From: Octopus sinensis
Taxonomy: Eukaryota
Direction of reading: 5' to 3'
Assembly (NCBI RefSeq): GCF_006345805.1
Contig: NC_043000.1
Span: 32,426,001-32,490,000, forward strand
DNA: 64,000 bases
Shown piece by piece: positions 1 to 12,713 of this stretch (its first letter is position 1; each line of letters opens with the position of its first letter). Position numbers and translations under genes: made by a program. The notes below the pieces were generated by a model. The model made no database searches. It worked only from the letters and a program-made list of their open reading frames with translations, and was not told the DNA's origin.

Positions 1-1210
1 ACCCATGCCAGCATGGAAAGTGGACATTAAACAATGACAATGATATTATACAACCAAAGAAGCTGTTTATGTTATTAATCATAATGTTGTCAATATAACT
101 GATCTCTGCTCATGTAAATAAAATCGTTAACTTGAAGGCAAGGCTAATACCTCAGATTTCAGAAAGCAAAATCTCAGAAAAATAGCAAAGGATAGGCTTC
201 TGCGTGTTACTAGACTGTGCAAAACTGCAAATATTTCACCAAAATGAGGATATTATCCTTGTGTAGTTGGGCTTTTTTGTAAAATCAACCATTTCCAGTG
301 TTTTTCTCAAAATGACATTTCTGACTATGAGTAGCAATCTTTAGGTCACAATATCTCCAAGAATAATTGATGTAACAGGCTGAAATTTTGCAGGTGTGTA
401 TTACTTTGATACTTGCCTAGATGTTGTTCTAGTGTAATTAGATATACTTCATTTGTTCATCTTCCAGATACACTTGGATGCTACTACCCAGGAGTCAAAA
501 ACGATTGAACTCCTGCACATGGCTATGAGCAACCCCACAATGAAAACTAGGCCAACTTCATCAATATCTTTGATTCAGCATCTAGTCTCTACCCCAATCT
601 GTGGGCATTCCAAGTTAGAGCATATTATTTTTTATGTATGTTTGCCTTGTCGGTCATTTTGAATTTATAATTAGGTCATGAATAGATAATGTGGAAATTT
701 GAATATTATGGTTTTTGATAGAACTAACATTGTTCTTAGTGTGTGCCATATTTGGTTTTATTCCTGCTGAGTGAGAGCATTTTCAATTTAAGAGTGTTTT
801 CCTATGTCTGAAGTGTTAGTCTTGTATTTACGTTGGATCTAAATATCAATTTAATTTCTTTACTTATTTCGTTCTTTAAACAACCAACAATCATTTTCAG
901 TTTAATAGAACAAGGGAGGCACCGAGTTCAGCAACTTATTTAGTACTGGTGCCCTAATAAAATATGAGAAAACTGATGTGGGGTTTTTGTGAGGCAGGGT
1001 GAGGTGTGTGAATTGAATACTACTTCCTAGCTTATCAAATGAAGCTCCAGCAGGAAAGCATCACGCTCATCTGATGCACCAATAGCGACTCCTCTGATAG
1101 TTGCATAATGGTGCCACTGTTCAGTAATCTCTGCTAGACTCTAGTGGTCTGACCCTGCAGATAAAGACCTCAAGAGACTGCTCGATCACCTTATTCTGGT
1201 CACACAGTAA

Positions 1211-1351
1211 TGCAATGTATAACCAGTAAATCCTGGTTCAAAGAAACTAATTTTTAGTCATAGTTCTGTATGCTATTCCGAATGGCCATTCTCTCTCTTC
1301 CTCTTCCTGTCAAATGTGCATGCTTTTTATATCAACGTTATTTGCATAACA
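1211..1351 (-). repeat. 3' LTR of gypsy element
   Basis: 141 bp, 8 mismatches to 5906-6046, adjacent to PPT. Confidence 0.9.
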
Positions 1352-2218
1352 TTCACTCCCTCCTAGAAAAAAAAGTTCATAGATCAAGGCTTTCCGAATC
1401 CTTTGAGATCGACGCAGCTGAGGGGATTCTTCTTTTTGTTCTTGACGGTTGTCTCTAGGAGGAGGAGAAATTCAGTTGGCTCTCTGTCTGGCTCTTGAGG
1501 GACAAATGTTTGGGTTAGGTTATCAGTTGGGTTAATCTTCCCTGGCGATGCCAATTATTTTGTGGATACTGTGGTTTCACGACCGTCTGGGTAACAGACG
1601 TGAGTGTATTGGGGGTTGGCTTCGATTAAATCAACTTGGTTCATGATAGGGTCATGTTAGTGCAATTGCTCCTTTGAACAAGCACAGGTTCTGGGTTAAG
1701 AAGCCATGTTGGCATAGATGTTCCTGTTGCTGAACGTCTTTGATAGTTAAAAAGACGTTCATGAGGAGTGGTGTTAGTGGACGTACAAAGTAGAGATCTG
1801 ATTGAATGCAACGCGTCTGGAAGAACTGTTTCCTATGAAGATACTGGAAGGACACGGATTTTCAAAGAGAGTAGTACTGACTTCCAAATAATACCATTAT
1901 ATCTTTCTACTTGACTGTTCCCAGTGGGATTGTATGGTGTCGTCCTACTCATTGCAATGCCCCCATTGAGGAGCCATTCTCTCAATCTTGTAGACATAAA
2001 GGCAGTTCCACGATCTGAATGTACATAACTGGGCATACCGAAAACTGAGACCAAGTCTGTAAGACACTTTATTACAGTCTGAGCTGTGTCAGATACTGGA
2101 TATCCAAACGGAAATCGAGAGTATTCGTCAACAATTGTTAGGAGATAAGGATGCTTCGTGGAAGGAATTGGACCTTTGAAATCGATAGAAATTTGCTCGA
2201 AGGGCTGCGTGGCCTTAA

Positions 2219-2437
2219 CCCTTTTGTTACTGTATTTATTTTGAGATGCCCTGTGTTTCTTTCAATTATTTTAGATGTAACACAGAATTTAGTAAAATAA
2301 CTGTTATTATTAAGCTTATGTTAGGAACATAAATTGGGACTAAGGTTTGGTGGAAGATTTTAATCCAAAATTTATGAAAACAAGACATTTGTACTACAGA
2401 GCCAGAGCAGGTTTCAGCCGGGTTGGTAACGAAAGGG
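2219..2437. mobile_element. piggyBac-type MITE
   Basis: TTAA on both sides (2215-2218, 2438-2441); TIR CCCTTT(T/C)GTTAC; excision restores integrase frame VNLIKATQPFEQISIDFKGP. Confidence 0.9.
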
Positions 2438-3688
2438 TTAATTAAGTTAACTGAATCTGGTTTATAATATTGTGGTTTTACTTCTTGACATATAGAGCAA
2501 TTGCTACATATTTGTTTCTAACAAATATGGGAGATTTTTACTGCGGACGAAATGATGAAGTTGTACTACACCAGGATGGCACAGTGCTGCATGTAACTCA
2601 TAAAGTGAATGTGAACTAATTGCTGAACAGCGTACCCTTGTGAATACATCTGGAGCGAGTTTGCTGGATCCTGGGCGATAGTGAATATCATGCAACGTTG
2701 ATCAGTAATTCATGCAAAATGTCTACCTAGAAGAAAGTGTATCCAATGATGAATTGATTTGATAATTGCTTGAGCTTCCTTTTCAACTGAGGAATGGTAC
2801 TGTTTGCTACCTTGCAGCATGTGAGAATGGAATGTGACTGGTCTTCCATCTTGATTTAGTGTCACAGATATGGCTAAATCTGAAGCATCCGTCTCAACAG
2901 TAAATGGAATGTTCTCATCTATTACTTGAATGGCAGCATTGGCTAGATTCAACCTTTAATGACTCAAATGCTTTTACTTGTTGGCTGTTTAGAGGAAATT
3001 TTAATATGTTATTTAGAGAATATATCTTGTCAGAAAATGTGGAGATCCACTTAGCATAATAAGAAAACATACTGACTATACATTTTAATGATTTCTGGTC
3101 AGTTGGTGTAAGAAGACTGAGGAGTGGAGCAAGCCCTTATGGGTCAGGGATGAGGGTATTGTGTGAGATACAGTATCCAAGAAAGTCAAGAGTTGTTGTT
3201 GAGTAAACGCATTTGTCTTCATTCATGGTAAGCCCTTCAATTTTTGCTGCCTTTCAAATTTTTCTAAATTTTTATCATGGTCATTTTGTTCTTTCCAACA
3301 TATAGTTAAATTGTCTATGAACGGGAACGTATCTCGCAGCTTGTATTTCCTCACGAAGTCGTCCATTATACGTTGGAAACACGCGCTGCCGTTAGGTACT
3401 TCGAATGACATCCTAGTATAATGCCATAATTTACCATCAGCTTCAATGAATTGACATTCTTTCTCTAATAGAGGAATCTGATGGTATGCCGAACGTAAGT
3501 CTATAGGACTGTAGACTTTATACTTGGCAATAGGGTTCACTAACTCATCAATTTTAGGAAGTGGGTAGGCATCAAGCTGAGTATATTTGTTAATCGTCTC
3601 TGAGTAGTCAATCACCATTCATCGCCTTTCTTTTTCTTGAACAACTAACACTTGGGATCTCCAAAGGGAGTTACTAGGTTCAATAATG

Positions 3689-4104
3689 GGATCTTTTCGG
3701 TTTGACTGGCAGTTTTTTCTAGCGGTGTCGTATGAAATTGTCACCCATAATTATGACCCTAGTATCGATCTATTGCATTTCAATCTGTTTTAGGGTTAGG
3801 GTTAGAGTTAGGGGGAAGGGTATCTTTTTTTCTTCAGAAATGTAAATAAACCCAATCTGTTTCTTAATCGAGGGATATATTCATATGGCACAGAATGCTT
3901 TCATCTCAATAGACGTCACTGATTGGTTGAAATTGCAGAAATTGAAGAAAAAAAACAACAAATATCTTACAAACCATAGATTTTCTCAATAAAGCCAAGA
4001 GAAAAAGATGTTTTATAAACACATTCTACCAGTATACGAAGTTTAAAAGTGTTTAGTTACATGGAAATTATTTTAAAAAACTGCCGGTCAAACCGAAAAG
4101 ATCC
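3689..4104. mobile_element. Non-autonomous TIR element (Merlin-like: GG termini, 8-bp TSD)
   Basis: 30-bp TIR GGATCTTTTCGGTTTGAC(T/C)GGCAGTTTTTT with 1 mismatch; TSD CAATAATG (3681-3688, 4105-4112); excision restores QDIIEPSNS. Superfamily uncertain: GGG termini with a 6-bp TSD also fits. Confidence 0.8.
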
Positions 4105-4217
4105 CAATAATGTCCTGATGAACTCTTGATCACATTCCGAGTATTTTCGCGATTTGGCTGCAATGGGTTTACAGTCCTTTCTGAGATGAGCGAATAGCTT
4201 TGTGTTACAGTTGCTGT

Positions 4218-4591
4218 TTGTTTGTTGAGCGAAGCGGTCTTCGTCCCAGAGCTCACAAGATCGCGCCTCTGTAGTGGGAGAAGTCCGAAACGTGGTCCTT
4301 TGCTATTCGTAAGACATGCAGAAGAGAAAGCAGGTCAACCCCCGACACCGAGAGCATCAACGGATGGATGAATGCGCATCCAGGCTCAGCGGTTGCATAG
4401 GTAGTCGGGGACAAGAAACAGGAAGAAAGAGTGAGAGAAAGTTGGAGTGAAAGAGTACAACAGGGATCGCCGCCATCCCCTGCCGGAGCCTTGTGGAGCT
4501 TTAGGTGTTTTCACACAATAAACACACAACGCCCAGTCTGGGAATCGAAACCACAAGTCCACTGCCCTAACCACTGAGCCATTGCACCTCC
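4218..4591 (-). mobile_element. tRNA-derived SINE with (AAAC)n tail
   Basis: A-box TGGCTCAGTGG and B-box GGTTTCGATTCC at the 5' end; 12-bp TSD TACAGTTGCTGT (4206-4217, 4592-4603). Confidence 0.9.
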
Positions 4592-4603
4592 TACAGTTGC
4601 TGT

Positions 4604-5577
4604 GTTGCTCCTACATAGTTTTCCAAAATGTCCAATTTTTTAAAAAAATTTGTAACAGACTGCTTTCTGCACAGGGTAGCGAGTCCACAGGTGTCCGAAA
4701 TAGCCACAAAACCAACACTGAGAGGGGTCTGTCTCCTTTTCGGGTCATGGCAGAGTGTTTTCCTTCCTGCTTTGGGGAATCTATTGGCTTAGATACAATG
4801 GGTGCAGTTGGCAGCCTCAGAGTCTAGAAAGACACTGGAACCTTGTTGCGCCACATCTAGTGAATGTGCTTGATCATAAGCTTTACTGAGGTCGACACTT
4901 TCGTTTTCTAATAGTCTTTGTCGTATTTGATTCGAAGTGAGCCCATTTATAAATGCATCTCAATTCATTTCAGACCGGTACAGCTCTGCACTCACTGCAA
5001 CAAAGTCACAGTCTTTTGCTAATATTTTGAGTTTGTTTAAGAACTGATCTAGAGATTCCCCTAGTTTCTGTTTCCTTGTGGCTAAAAGATGGTGTGCCAT
5101 TACAATGTTCTTTGGTTTAATGTACACACTCTTTAGTGTATTCACAGCTTGTTCATAGTTCTTAGCTTCACTGATGAATTCATATATACGTTCAGTTCCA
5201 CATAATTAATCAAAAGATTGATTCCGCCAGCCTCGTCTGGCACCTGTGTCGGTGGCACATAAAAAGCACCCACTACACTCACGGAGTGGTTGGCGTTAGG
5301 AAGGGCAACCAGCTGTAGAAACACTGCCAGATATGACTGGCCTGGTGCAGCCTTCGGGCTTCCCAGACCCCAGTTGAACCGTCCAACCCATGCTAGCAAG
5401 GAAAGCGGACGTTAAACGATGATGATGATGATTGAGTTTATCGCTAATCCTGCCTTCCTGCCCTGGTAGTGAGTCTATAAAGTTGGAGAAAGTTATAAAC
5501 CAGTGATTAAAAACTTTATTGGCATTTGTAGAATTTGGGTCTACATTCAATCTGTCAGGTTTCAAGTATCTTTCCAT
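4604..5577 (-). pseudogene. gypsy gag pseudogene with two decayed CCHC knuckles
   Basis: MERYLKPDRL...HHLLATRKQKLGESLDQFL...DAFINGL..IRQRLLE; CWFCGYFGH and KIGHFGKLC knuckle remnants; frame restored on removing 5222-5429 plus one TSD. Confidence 0.9.
5222..5429 (+). mobile_element. Short RTE-LINE 3'-end retrocopy with (GAT)n tail
   Basis: Matches the 3' UTR that follows RTE ORF ends at 49630-50380; TSD GATTGA (5216-5221, 5430-5435). Confidence 0.85.
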
Positions 5578-5580
5578 ATC

Positions 5581-5803
5581 TGTTTTTTTATTACCCACAA
5601 GGGGCTAAACACAGAGAGGACAGACAAACGGATTAAGTCGATTACATTGACCCCAGTGCGTAACTGGTACTTAATTTATTGACCCCGAAAGGATGAAAGG
5701 CAAAGTCAACCTTGGCGGAATTTGAACTCAGAACGTAACGGCAGACGAAATACAGCTACGCCTTTCACCCGGTGTGCTAACATTTCTGCCAGCTCGCTGC
5801 CTT
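5581..5803 (-). mobile_element. tRNA-derived SINE
   Basis: tRNA-like head (GAGCTGGCAGAAATG..., GAGTTCAAATTCC); 15-bp TSD GTATCTTTCCATATC (5566-5580, 5804-5818) that duplicates the gag ATG. Confidence 0.9.
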
Positions 5804-5905
5804 GTATCTTTCCATATCGTTCACGTCTTTTCACAAATTTCTTTCTCTATAGACTACTCTGCAACTCTTCCCAATTGTGTATTTTCAGAAATTAGTGTCA
5901 TTGAT

Positions 5906-6046
5906 TGCAATGTATAACCAGTAAATCCTGGTTCAAAGAAACTAATTTTTCATCATGGTCCTGTAGATTATTCCGAATGGCCATTCTCTCTCTTCCTCTT
6001 CCTGTCAAATGTGCATGCTCTTTATATCAACGTTATTTGCATAACA
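5906..6046 (-). repeat. 5' LTR of gypsy element
   Basis: 141-bp direct repeat of 1211-1351, upstream of gag; no canonical TGG PBS seen. Confidence 0.9.
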
Positions 6047-6496
6047 GCAGAGTGGACATTTGTCCTGTTTTGGCAACATTACTTTTACATGTTGGAGACA
6101 TATGCAGAAATAAAAAACATTGAGTGAGAGTGAGATAGAGAGAGAAAACAAGAGAAACATTAAACATCTAATGTCAAATAAATCACTGTTAAATTAATGA
6201 TGCCAAAGAAGTGGCATCAAAACATCTTGTCTGCTAGTGTGACATGGTCTGCCAAGCCATTTATAACAATTCATCTAACTCATACCAGCATGGAAAGAAG
6301 GCATAAAATGATGATGATGAAGATAACATATGTACATATGTGCTTCTGTTTATATTTAGACTAGTTTAGAAAAAAACCAGTGTCGTTATTCATATATTGT
6401 ATTCCTTTCTTTGTAACTTAGCAGCTTGACAAACAGAATTTGATACAAGTACTTGACACAAAGAAGTACTGGGGATAAATAAACTCCTCCAAGACT

Positions 6497-7443
6497 GGCT
6501 GTCCATAGGAATTCCTATTTATTGATGATCCAGTTTCTATGGCTGAATCTATAGAGGAATTATAAACAAAATTCCAGGTTTGGAAGCCACATCTACAATC
6601 AAAAAGTTTTTAAGGACACAGGTTTTAGTAATAAGGAAAGAAGAGAGAAGCCTTGTATTTTCAGGGAAATGACCCTTTTTCAATAAGCAAGGAAGGTGTC
6701 ACCACAAGCTCCATAGACTGCACATGGTGTAAGCAATGGACACACAAGAGAAGTAGATTGGAATTGCCAGCAGACTAGCATAGAAAGTAAGTAAGTGATA
6801 GATAGACTGGAGCAGTATGTGCTACGAGCACACCAGAAATAAATACTCTTAAATGCCTGCATGGCTCACTCCAAGTTGTTGATAGGTTTTGTAAGTTAGG
6901 AGATGTAATTAGCAAGGAAGGCGGTGGTTGCTCTGAAAGGTATAATAGCCAGAGTAAGAATAAGTTGAAGGAAAATCAGGGAGCTACTAATGCTGGTGGC
7001 TACAAAGGTCTTTCCCTTCAGAATGAGGGGTAGATTGTATAATACCTGTGCTAGAACTGCAATGCTGCATGGTAGTGAAATGTGGTCTTTGAATGCAGGG
7101 ACCTGAGAAAACAGGAAAGGAATGACGTATGTATACTCTGGTAGATGTAAGTGTGTGTGAATGAGATGGTATAAATGTCCTGAACGAATGACTGGACATA
7201 AGAGAAATCAGACGTAGTGTACAAGAAAGAAAACTGCACTGGTATGGACATCTGATGGTTATGGATGAGGACAGCTTTATGAAGTGTCATTATGGAAGAG
7301 AGAGACCCAGGAATTCAAAGGACAAAGTAATGAAGGCTTATCCTCAAGGCTCTCAGCTTTACAGAGGAGATAACTAAGAACTGTGGTGTGTGGTGATGTG
7401 CGGTTCTTGAGAAGACCCACCCATCATCATCATCATCACCCAT
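6497..7443 (+). mobile_element. Degenerate RTE-clade LINE 3' portion
   Basis: GCP*EFLFIDDPVSMAESIEEL (LLYADDL region); homology to 34830-36720; (CAT)n tail. Confidence 0.8.
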
Positions 7444-8923
7444 CTTTGCAAAATTGAGTTCTGGAAGTACTGTAAGTATATGTGTATTTGCACAACTGGC
7501 CACCTCACCATATCTCAATCATTCCCCTCTGTCCCTTATCTCTCTCCCAAGATATGAACACTTTGGTTGGCAACTTGGACCACTAACTCTCTACATACAG
7601 AATTGGCTACTCAAGCACACAGTGATTTACAAACAAAAATTATGCAGTCAAAGACAATCCTACATGACAGTGAGTGTGTGTGTGTGTGTTTGCTTGTTTG
7701 TCTGTGTACAAACAAGAGAAATACCAACAAAAAGTCAACATTAATATCAAAACTCTTTAATCATTAGGTAACAGAGCATAATAATGGACTTCATTCATTA
7801 TTAAGGTTTAATAGAGGTCATCCTTCGGGCTTTAACGTTATTGCCACTGACTTAACAGCAACAGTTCTTCTCTTCTGGTGATAGACTGAATTGGTTAGTT
7901 GGATGGTTACTATCTCAGCCCTTCATAAGAGCCAGGGGATTGTAGCAGCTAGCCTACTTTAGATCAAGCCAACAAGGATAAATCAGAGAGTGATTACACA
8001 TGTTAAGCTCAAAGTTTAGTAGAATAAAGCTGAAGTGATACTTAGATGCATGACCAATCAGATAAATTGAAATCAAATTTACAAATGATGAAAATATCAG
8101 TGAAATCAAACACTTAGGGAGGAAATGAATCATAGCCCCAAAAACGACCAAAATTTAGGCGTCAAACATGGACATTATTGTGATAAGTTACCATATAGAT
8201 TGATTAAAAATATAATTTCTCTTGCAGATATGAATATAAAAAGCATTGATTCCTAGGCTTTTTCTTCTCATGAATGGAAAGATTATTAAACATCTGTTTT
8301 CAATAATATAGTTTTTAGTGAAACAATTTTCACAGATTATAAAAATACTTTTAAGATTTGACAAAAGTGCATTATTATGAGTATTTTTACACAAACATGC
8401 ACAATATAGGGGAAATATATATATGTGTACACAGCATATTTTATAAGTATTTGGCAAGTTATCTGACTCAAAATTGTGTATTAAGAGGGTCTTCCCCATA
8501 CAATAAACACATGCACTATTAAACGCACTCCTTCCATTTATATAGAAGATAGTACGAAACACTTAGTGTTCATGTTAGACCAATCCACTGATACTGTGCA
8601 TCATGAAGATAGAGAGATTACCAGAAATCAGACTCTGGCTCAATCACAAAGCACTTTGATACTAAGAACAGAGCAGAAAAGGACAAGGGAATAAACTGTT
8701 TGAATGTATGTGTTTAATATATGGCTCAAAAGACAATGAAAAAAAAATATATATATATATATATACACACACACATACATACATATATATACATACACAT
8801 ACATATATACATACTCTTTAATATATACAAAATATATATATATATGCATGTATATATTATGTATATATATGCATGTATATATTTATATATATGTATGTAT
8901 ATATATATATGTATATATATGTA

Positions 8924-8986
<63 letters not shown>

Positions 8987-9235
8987 TTATATGTATATAT
9001 ATATGTATTTATATGTATATATATGTGTGTGTGTGTATTTATATGTATATGTATGTATGTATATAGATATGTATATGTATGTATCTATATATAGGTATGT
9101 ATATGTATGTATATATAGATATGTATATGTGTGTATGTATATATGTATGTGTATGTATATATATGTATGTATGTGTGTGTGTATATATATATATATACAT
9201 ACCTGTGCATACATACACACATACATACATATAAA

Positions 9236-9265
<30 letters not shown>

Positions 9266-9267
<2 letters not shown>

Positions 9268-10089
9268 AAGTGCAATGGGTAAATTGTTGCCATTTTATAT
9301 TTTTGGTGTTTGGTTTTGTCAACCACACAGTATAGTTGGGTCATTTGGGCACCATCTGTGAGAAAAACAGCACCATGGTGCAATTCACGCAGCCAGAATT
9401 TCGGAAACGACATGCTGTACTGCTTGGTATTTGCACTGGACGCTCCAATATGAGCATGTCAGAGTGTTTGGGTGTCAAAGAGATGAGTGATAAAAATCAA
9501 GCATCCAGTCAGCATCATGGTATTTGGAGTGATCATTAGTGATGGTGACGCTATGCCTCCATTCATCTTCCCACACCATCTTAGATGTAACACATAGGCC
9601 TACATTAAGTGCCTTGAGGAGGTAGTAATGCCCCGGTTCAAGAGGGTGGCTGCTGGAAGACCCTATGTCTGGCAGCAGGACGCTGCACCATGTCACACAA
9701 GCAGGAGAACCCAATCATGGTTGTCAGACAATTTTTGCAACCACATCACCCCTAACTCCCCAGACTGCAACCCTCTTGGTTATTATGTGTATGGTGCAGC
9801 TGAGTGACAGACCAACAAAATTCCTTGTAACACCAAAGATAAATGGAAGACAAGGATTATGGCAGCATTCACCAACTTAAACAAGGAGACTGTCCAGAAG
9901 AGTTGCAGGAGATTCCAAAGTTTTCTGGAGGCCATGGTTGAAGCCAATGGCGATTTTATTGAATAAATTTACTCTTTAGTATCTCAAGAAATTCTTATGT
10001 AATTTTGGTAGATATATCAGTTAAAATGAGATGTCAGTATTATTTTCATCTCTGTGTAATGTAGACGACAATTTATTTACTGCACCTTG
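9266..10089 (+). mobile_element. Internally deleted maT-like (DD37D) Tc1/mariner element
   Basis: IMVFGVI, YVWQQDAAPCHTS, NSPDCNPL(D>G)YYV, EAMVEANGDFIE*; degenerate ~26-bp TIRs CAA(A/G)GTGCA; D-to-D spacing 32 aa, or 37 if the missing WPPN-type segment is restored. Confidence 0.8.
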
Positions 10090-10359
10090 TACATATATAT
10101 TGTATATATATATATACAACACACACACACATACATACATATAAATATATATATGAATATACATATATATAAATATACATACATATATATATACATATGA
10201 ATAAATATACAAACATACATATATATATGTATATATATAAATAAATATACATACATATATACAGAAATATACATATATATACATACACATATATATGTAA
10301 ATATACATACAAGTATATATATACATAAACATACATGCTTACACACACACACACATACA

Positions 10360-10409
<50 letters not shown>

Positions 10410-10584
10410 GAATAAATATACAAACATACATATATATATACATACACATATATATGTAAATATACATACAAGTATATATATACATAAACATACATGCTTA
10501 CACACACACACACACATATAGACATACATACATATAAATATACACATACACACAGACATATGTATATATATATATGCATATATA

Positions 10585-10628
<44 letters not shown>

Positions 10629-10642
10629 CACGCGCATATATA

Positions 10643-11499
10643 AGAGGTCTGATCTATAAGTATCTGGACTGTTGCTATAGTAACAAAGCTAAAGCACGCA
10701 GAGTGAAGCCAGTTGGAAAAGATTAACCCTGAATTCCACTGTGTATGTGCAGAAAACCTTAATGTTCCAGCTCACTTCCGCTGCAGTGCATAGAAGGAAG
10801 GTGTGTAGTGTGTGATTGTCGCATTGACCATGACAGAGACAGTTGTCATGGCAATACCAGCTCAGAAGCTTAGGCAAAGTTGCAGAAAGTGTAAGGGGTG
10901 GGGAGTGTATGAGCTGCACAGAAGATTATGAGTGGTTCAGATGTTCTCAAGATGGCCAAAAGAATGGTAATACTGCCGAATGTTCTGGGAGACCCGTAAC
11001 CAACAGATCTGATAAAAACATCACAGATATGCGTGCAGCTGTGAAGGAAAATTGTCAAATCACTTCCGTGAGTTATCAGTGTATGTGCAGATTAGTTACA
11101 GTCCGGTTAAGTCCATTATCACTGAAGATCTGGGTGTGAGACACGTGTCAGCCAAGTTTGTGCCAAAACTGCTTTCAGCTGACCAAAAAGACACTCAGGT
11201 TTTAGTTGCATAAAATCTTGATTGTGTCGAGAATGATGAAAACTTTGTGTAGGCCTCTGAGCAGGTATCGCCAAGCAAAAGTTGATGCAGATTCTCTGCT
11301 CAACTTTCTGTCATGGTCAATGTAATGATCACACATTATACACTTCCTTCCAAGCACTGCTGTAAACAGCAAAAGTGAGCTAGAACTTAGTGCGCATGCG
11401 CACAAAAGAACAGGGTGAAATTGTGCCAAGCAGCTTCACTCTGCATGCGTTAGCTTTATTACTATGGCAACAGCCTGGATACTTATTCATCAGACCTCA
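10643..11499. mobile_element. Mariner derivative made of two inverted 5' ends
   Basis: TA-flanked TIRs (A/T)GAGGTCTGAT; left part has the transposase N-terminus (SGRPV, HVSAKFVPKLL); 11245-11499 is an inverted copy of the 5' end. Confidence 0.85.
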
Positions 11500-11625
11500 T
11501 ACATGTATGCATACACACACATATACATACATACACATAAACATACACACTCATACATAAACATATGTATACATAGACATAAGTATATATATATATATAT
11601 ACATACAATATATATATATGAATGG

Positions 11626-11666
<41 letters not shown>

Positions 11667-11875
11667 TACATATACATGTATGCATATATATATGTATGTG
11701 TGTGTATATATATATATATATATACACACACAAACACACACACACATATATATATACATATACACAAATATATATAAATAAATGTATATACACACATATA
11801 TATATATACAAATATATATACACATATATAAATATATATACACAAATATATATATATAAATATATATACACAAAA

Positions 11876-11936
<61 letters not shown>

Positions 11937-12037
11937 TATACATATATATGTGATTATATATACATAGATATATCTGGTGCTATTAAGTTAGACATGACCT
12001 GGTCCAGTACTGGCCGAAACCTATCAAAGTATATACT

Positions 12038-12070
<33 letters not shown>

Positions 12071-12471
12071 GAATACATGGGTACAGGAAGTCTCTGATGT
12101 GAAATTATGTGTTGAAACAAGTATTGTTATATTTTGAAAGGGTGAGTTTTTTTTTTTCTTTGCTAAATAAAACACATGCACTATATAGTAGTTCTCCCCT
12201 TCACATTTATTTGTGTGTTTATTTTGGAGCGGTCTGTCTGAAATCTTTCTTCTCAGTCAATTCTGTCAGAATGAACAAAACCAAACCAAAGAAGACACAT
12301 GGGATGAAGAGTCACTGAAGAGGTCACAGGACATGTGATGAAAGATTTCAGTCAAAGGGCTCTAAAGTAAGAACAACTACAAAGCTGAAGAGAAGAATGA
12401 ATATATGTGTGTATTTATTTGGGAAAAAAAAATTACCATCCTAAAATTTAACAATATATATATATAAAATA

Positions 12472-12713
12472 CAGTGTACATTTAAACACTTTAAAAGGGT
12501 TCTATCATAGGAATCCTTTACGCTAGAAAGAACAGGTAAAGTCCAAACCACTAATTAGGGATAAATTCTCGAAGGGAATGAAAAATAAAAACATTTACAT
12601 TTTTCATTCTCTTCGAGAATTTATTCCTAATTAGTGGTTTGGACTTTAGCTGTTCTTTCTAGTGTAAAAGATTCCTATGATGGAAACTTCGTAATGTGTT
12701 TAAATGTACACTG
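12472..12713. mobile_element. Tc1/mariner-type palindromic MITE
   Basis: TA-CAGTGTAC...GTACACTG-TA; arms of about 115 bp pair almost end to end. Confidence 0.85.

Larger units (their letters stand above)
1380..4205 (-). pseudogene. gypsy pol pseudogene (RT, RNase H, integrase)
   Basis: KPIAAKSRKYS; DIIEPSNS...VIDYSETINKYTQLDAYPLPKID; FPFIDN (YxDD equivalent); VETDASD; integrase ISIDFKGP, IVDEYSRF, VHSDRGTAF, NSQVERYN; stops, frameshifts and two MITE insertions. Confidence 0.95.
1211..6046 (-). mobile_element. Degenerate Ty3/gypsy LTR retrotransposon with five nested insertions
   Basis: Two 141-bp TG...CA direct repeats; PPT (AGGAGGGAGTGAA on minus, 1352-1364) abuts the 3' LTR; gag, RT, RNase H and integrase remnants in gypsy order (RT-RH-IN). 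Confidence 0.95.

Noticed and set aside
4520-4591. tRNA gene
   Set aside because: A/B boxes belong to a TSD-flanked SINE head; no complete cloverleaf. The same holds for other tRNA-like heads.
8600-8670. Strong minus-strand acceptor as last exon (IKVLCD*)
   Set aside because: Phase-compatible with the 14041 donor, but with no homology or other support.
12310-12355. CTGAAGA...GAAA hammerhead-like string
   Set aside because: Helix II can form, but there is no helix I partner or proper cleavage triplet.
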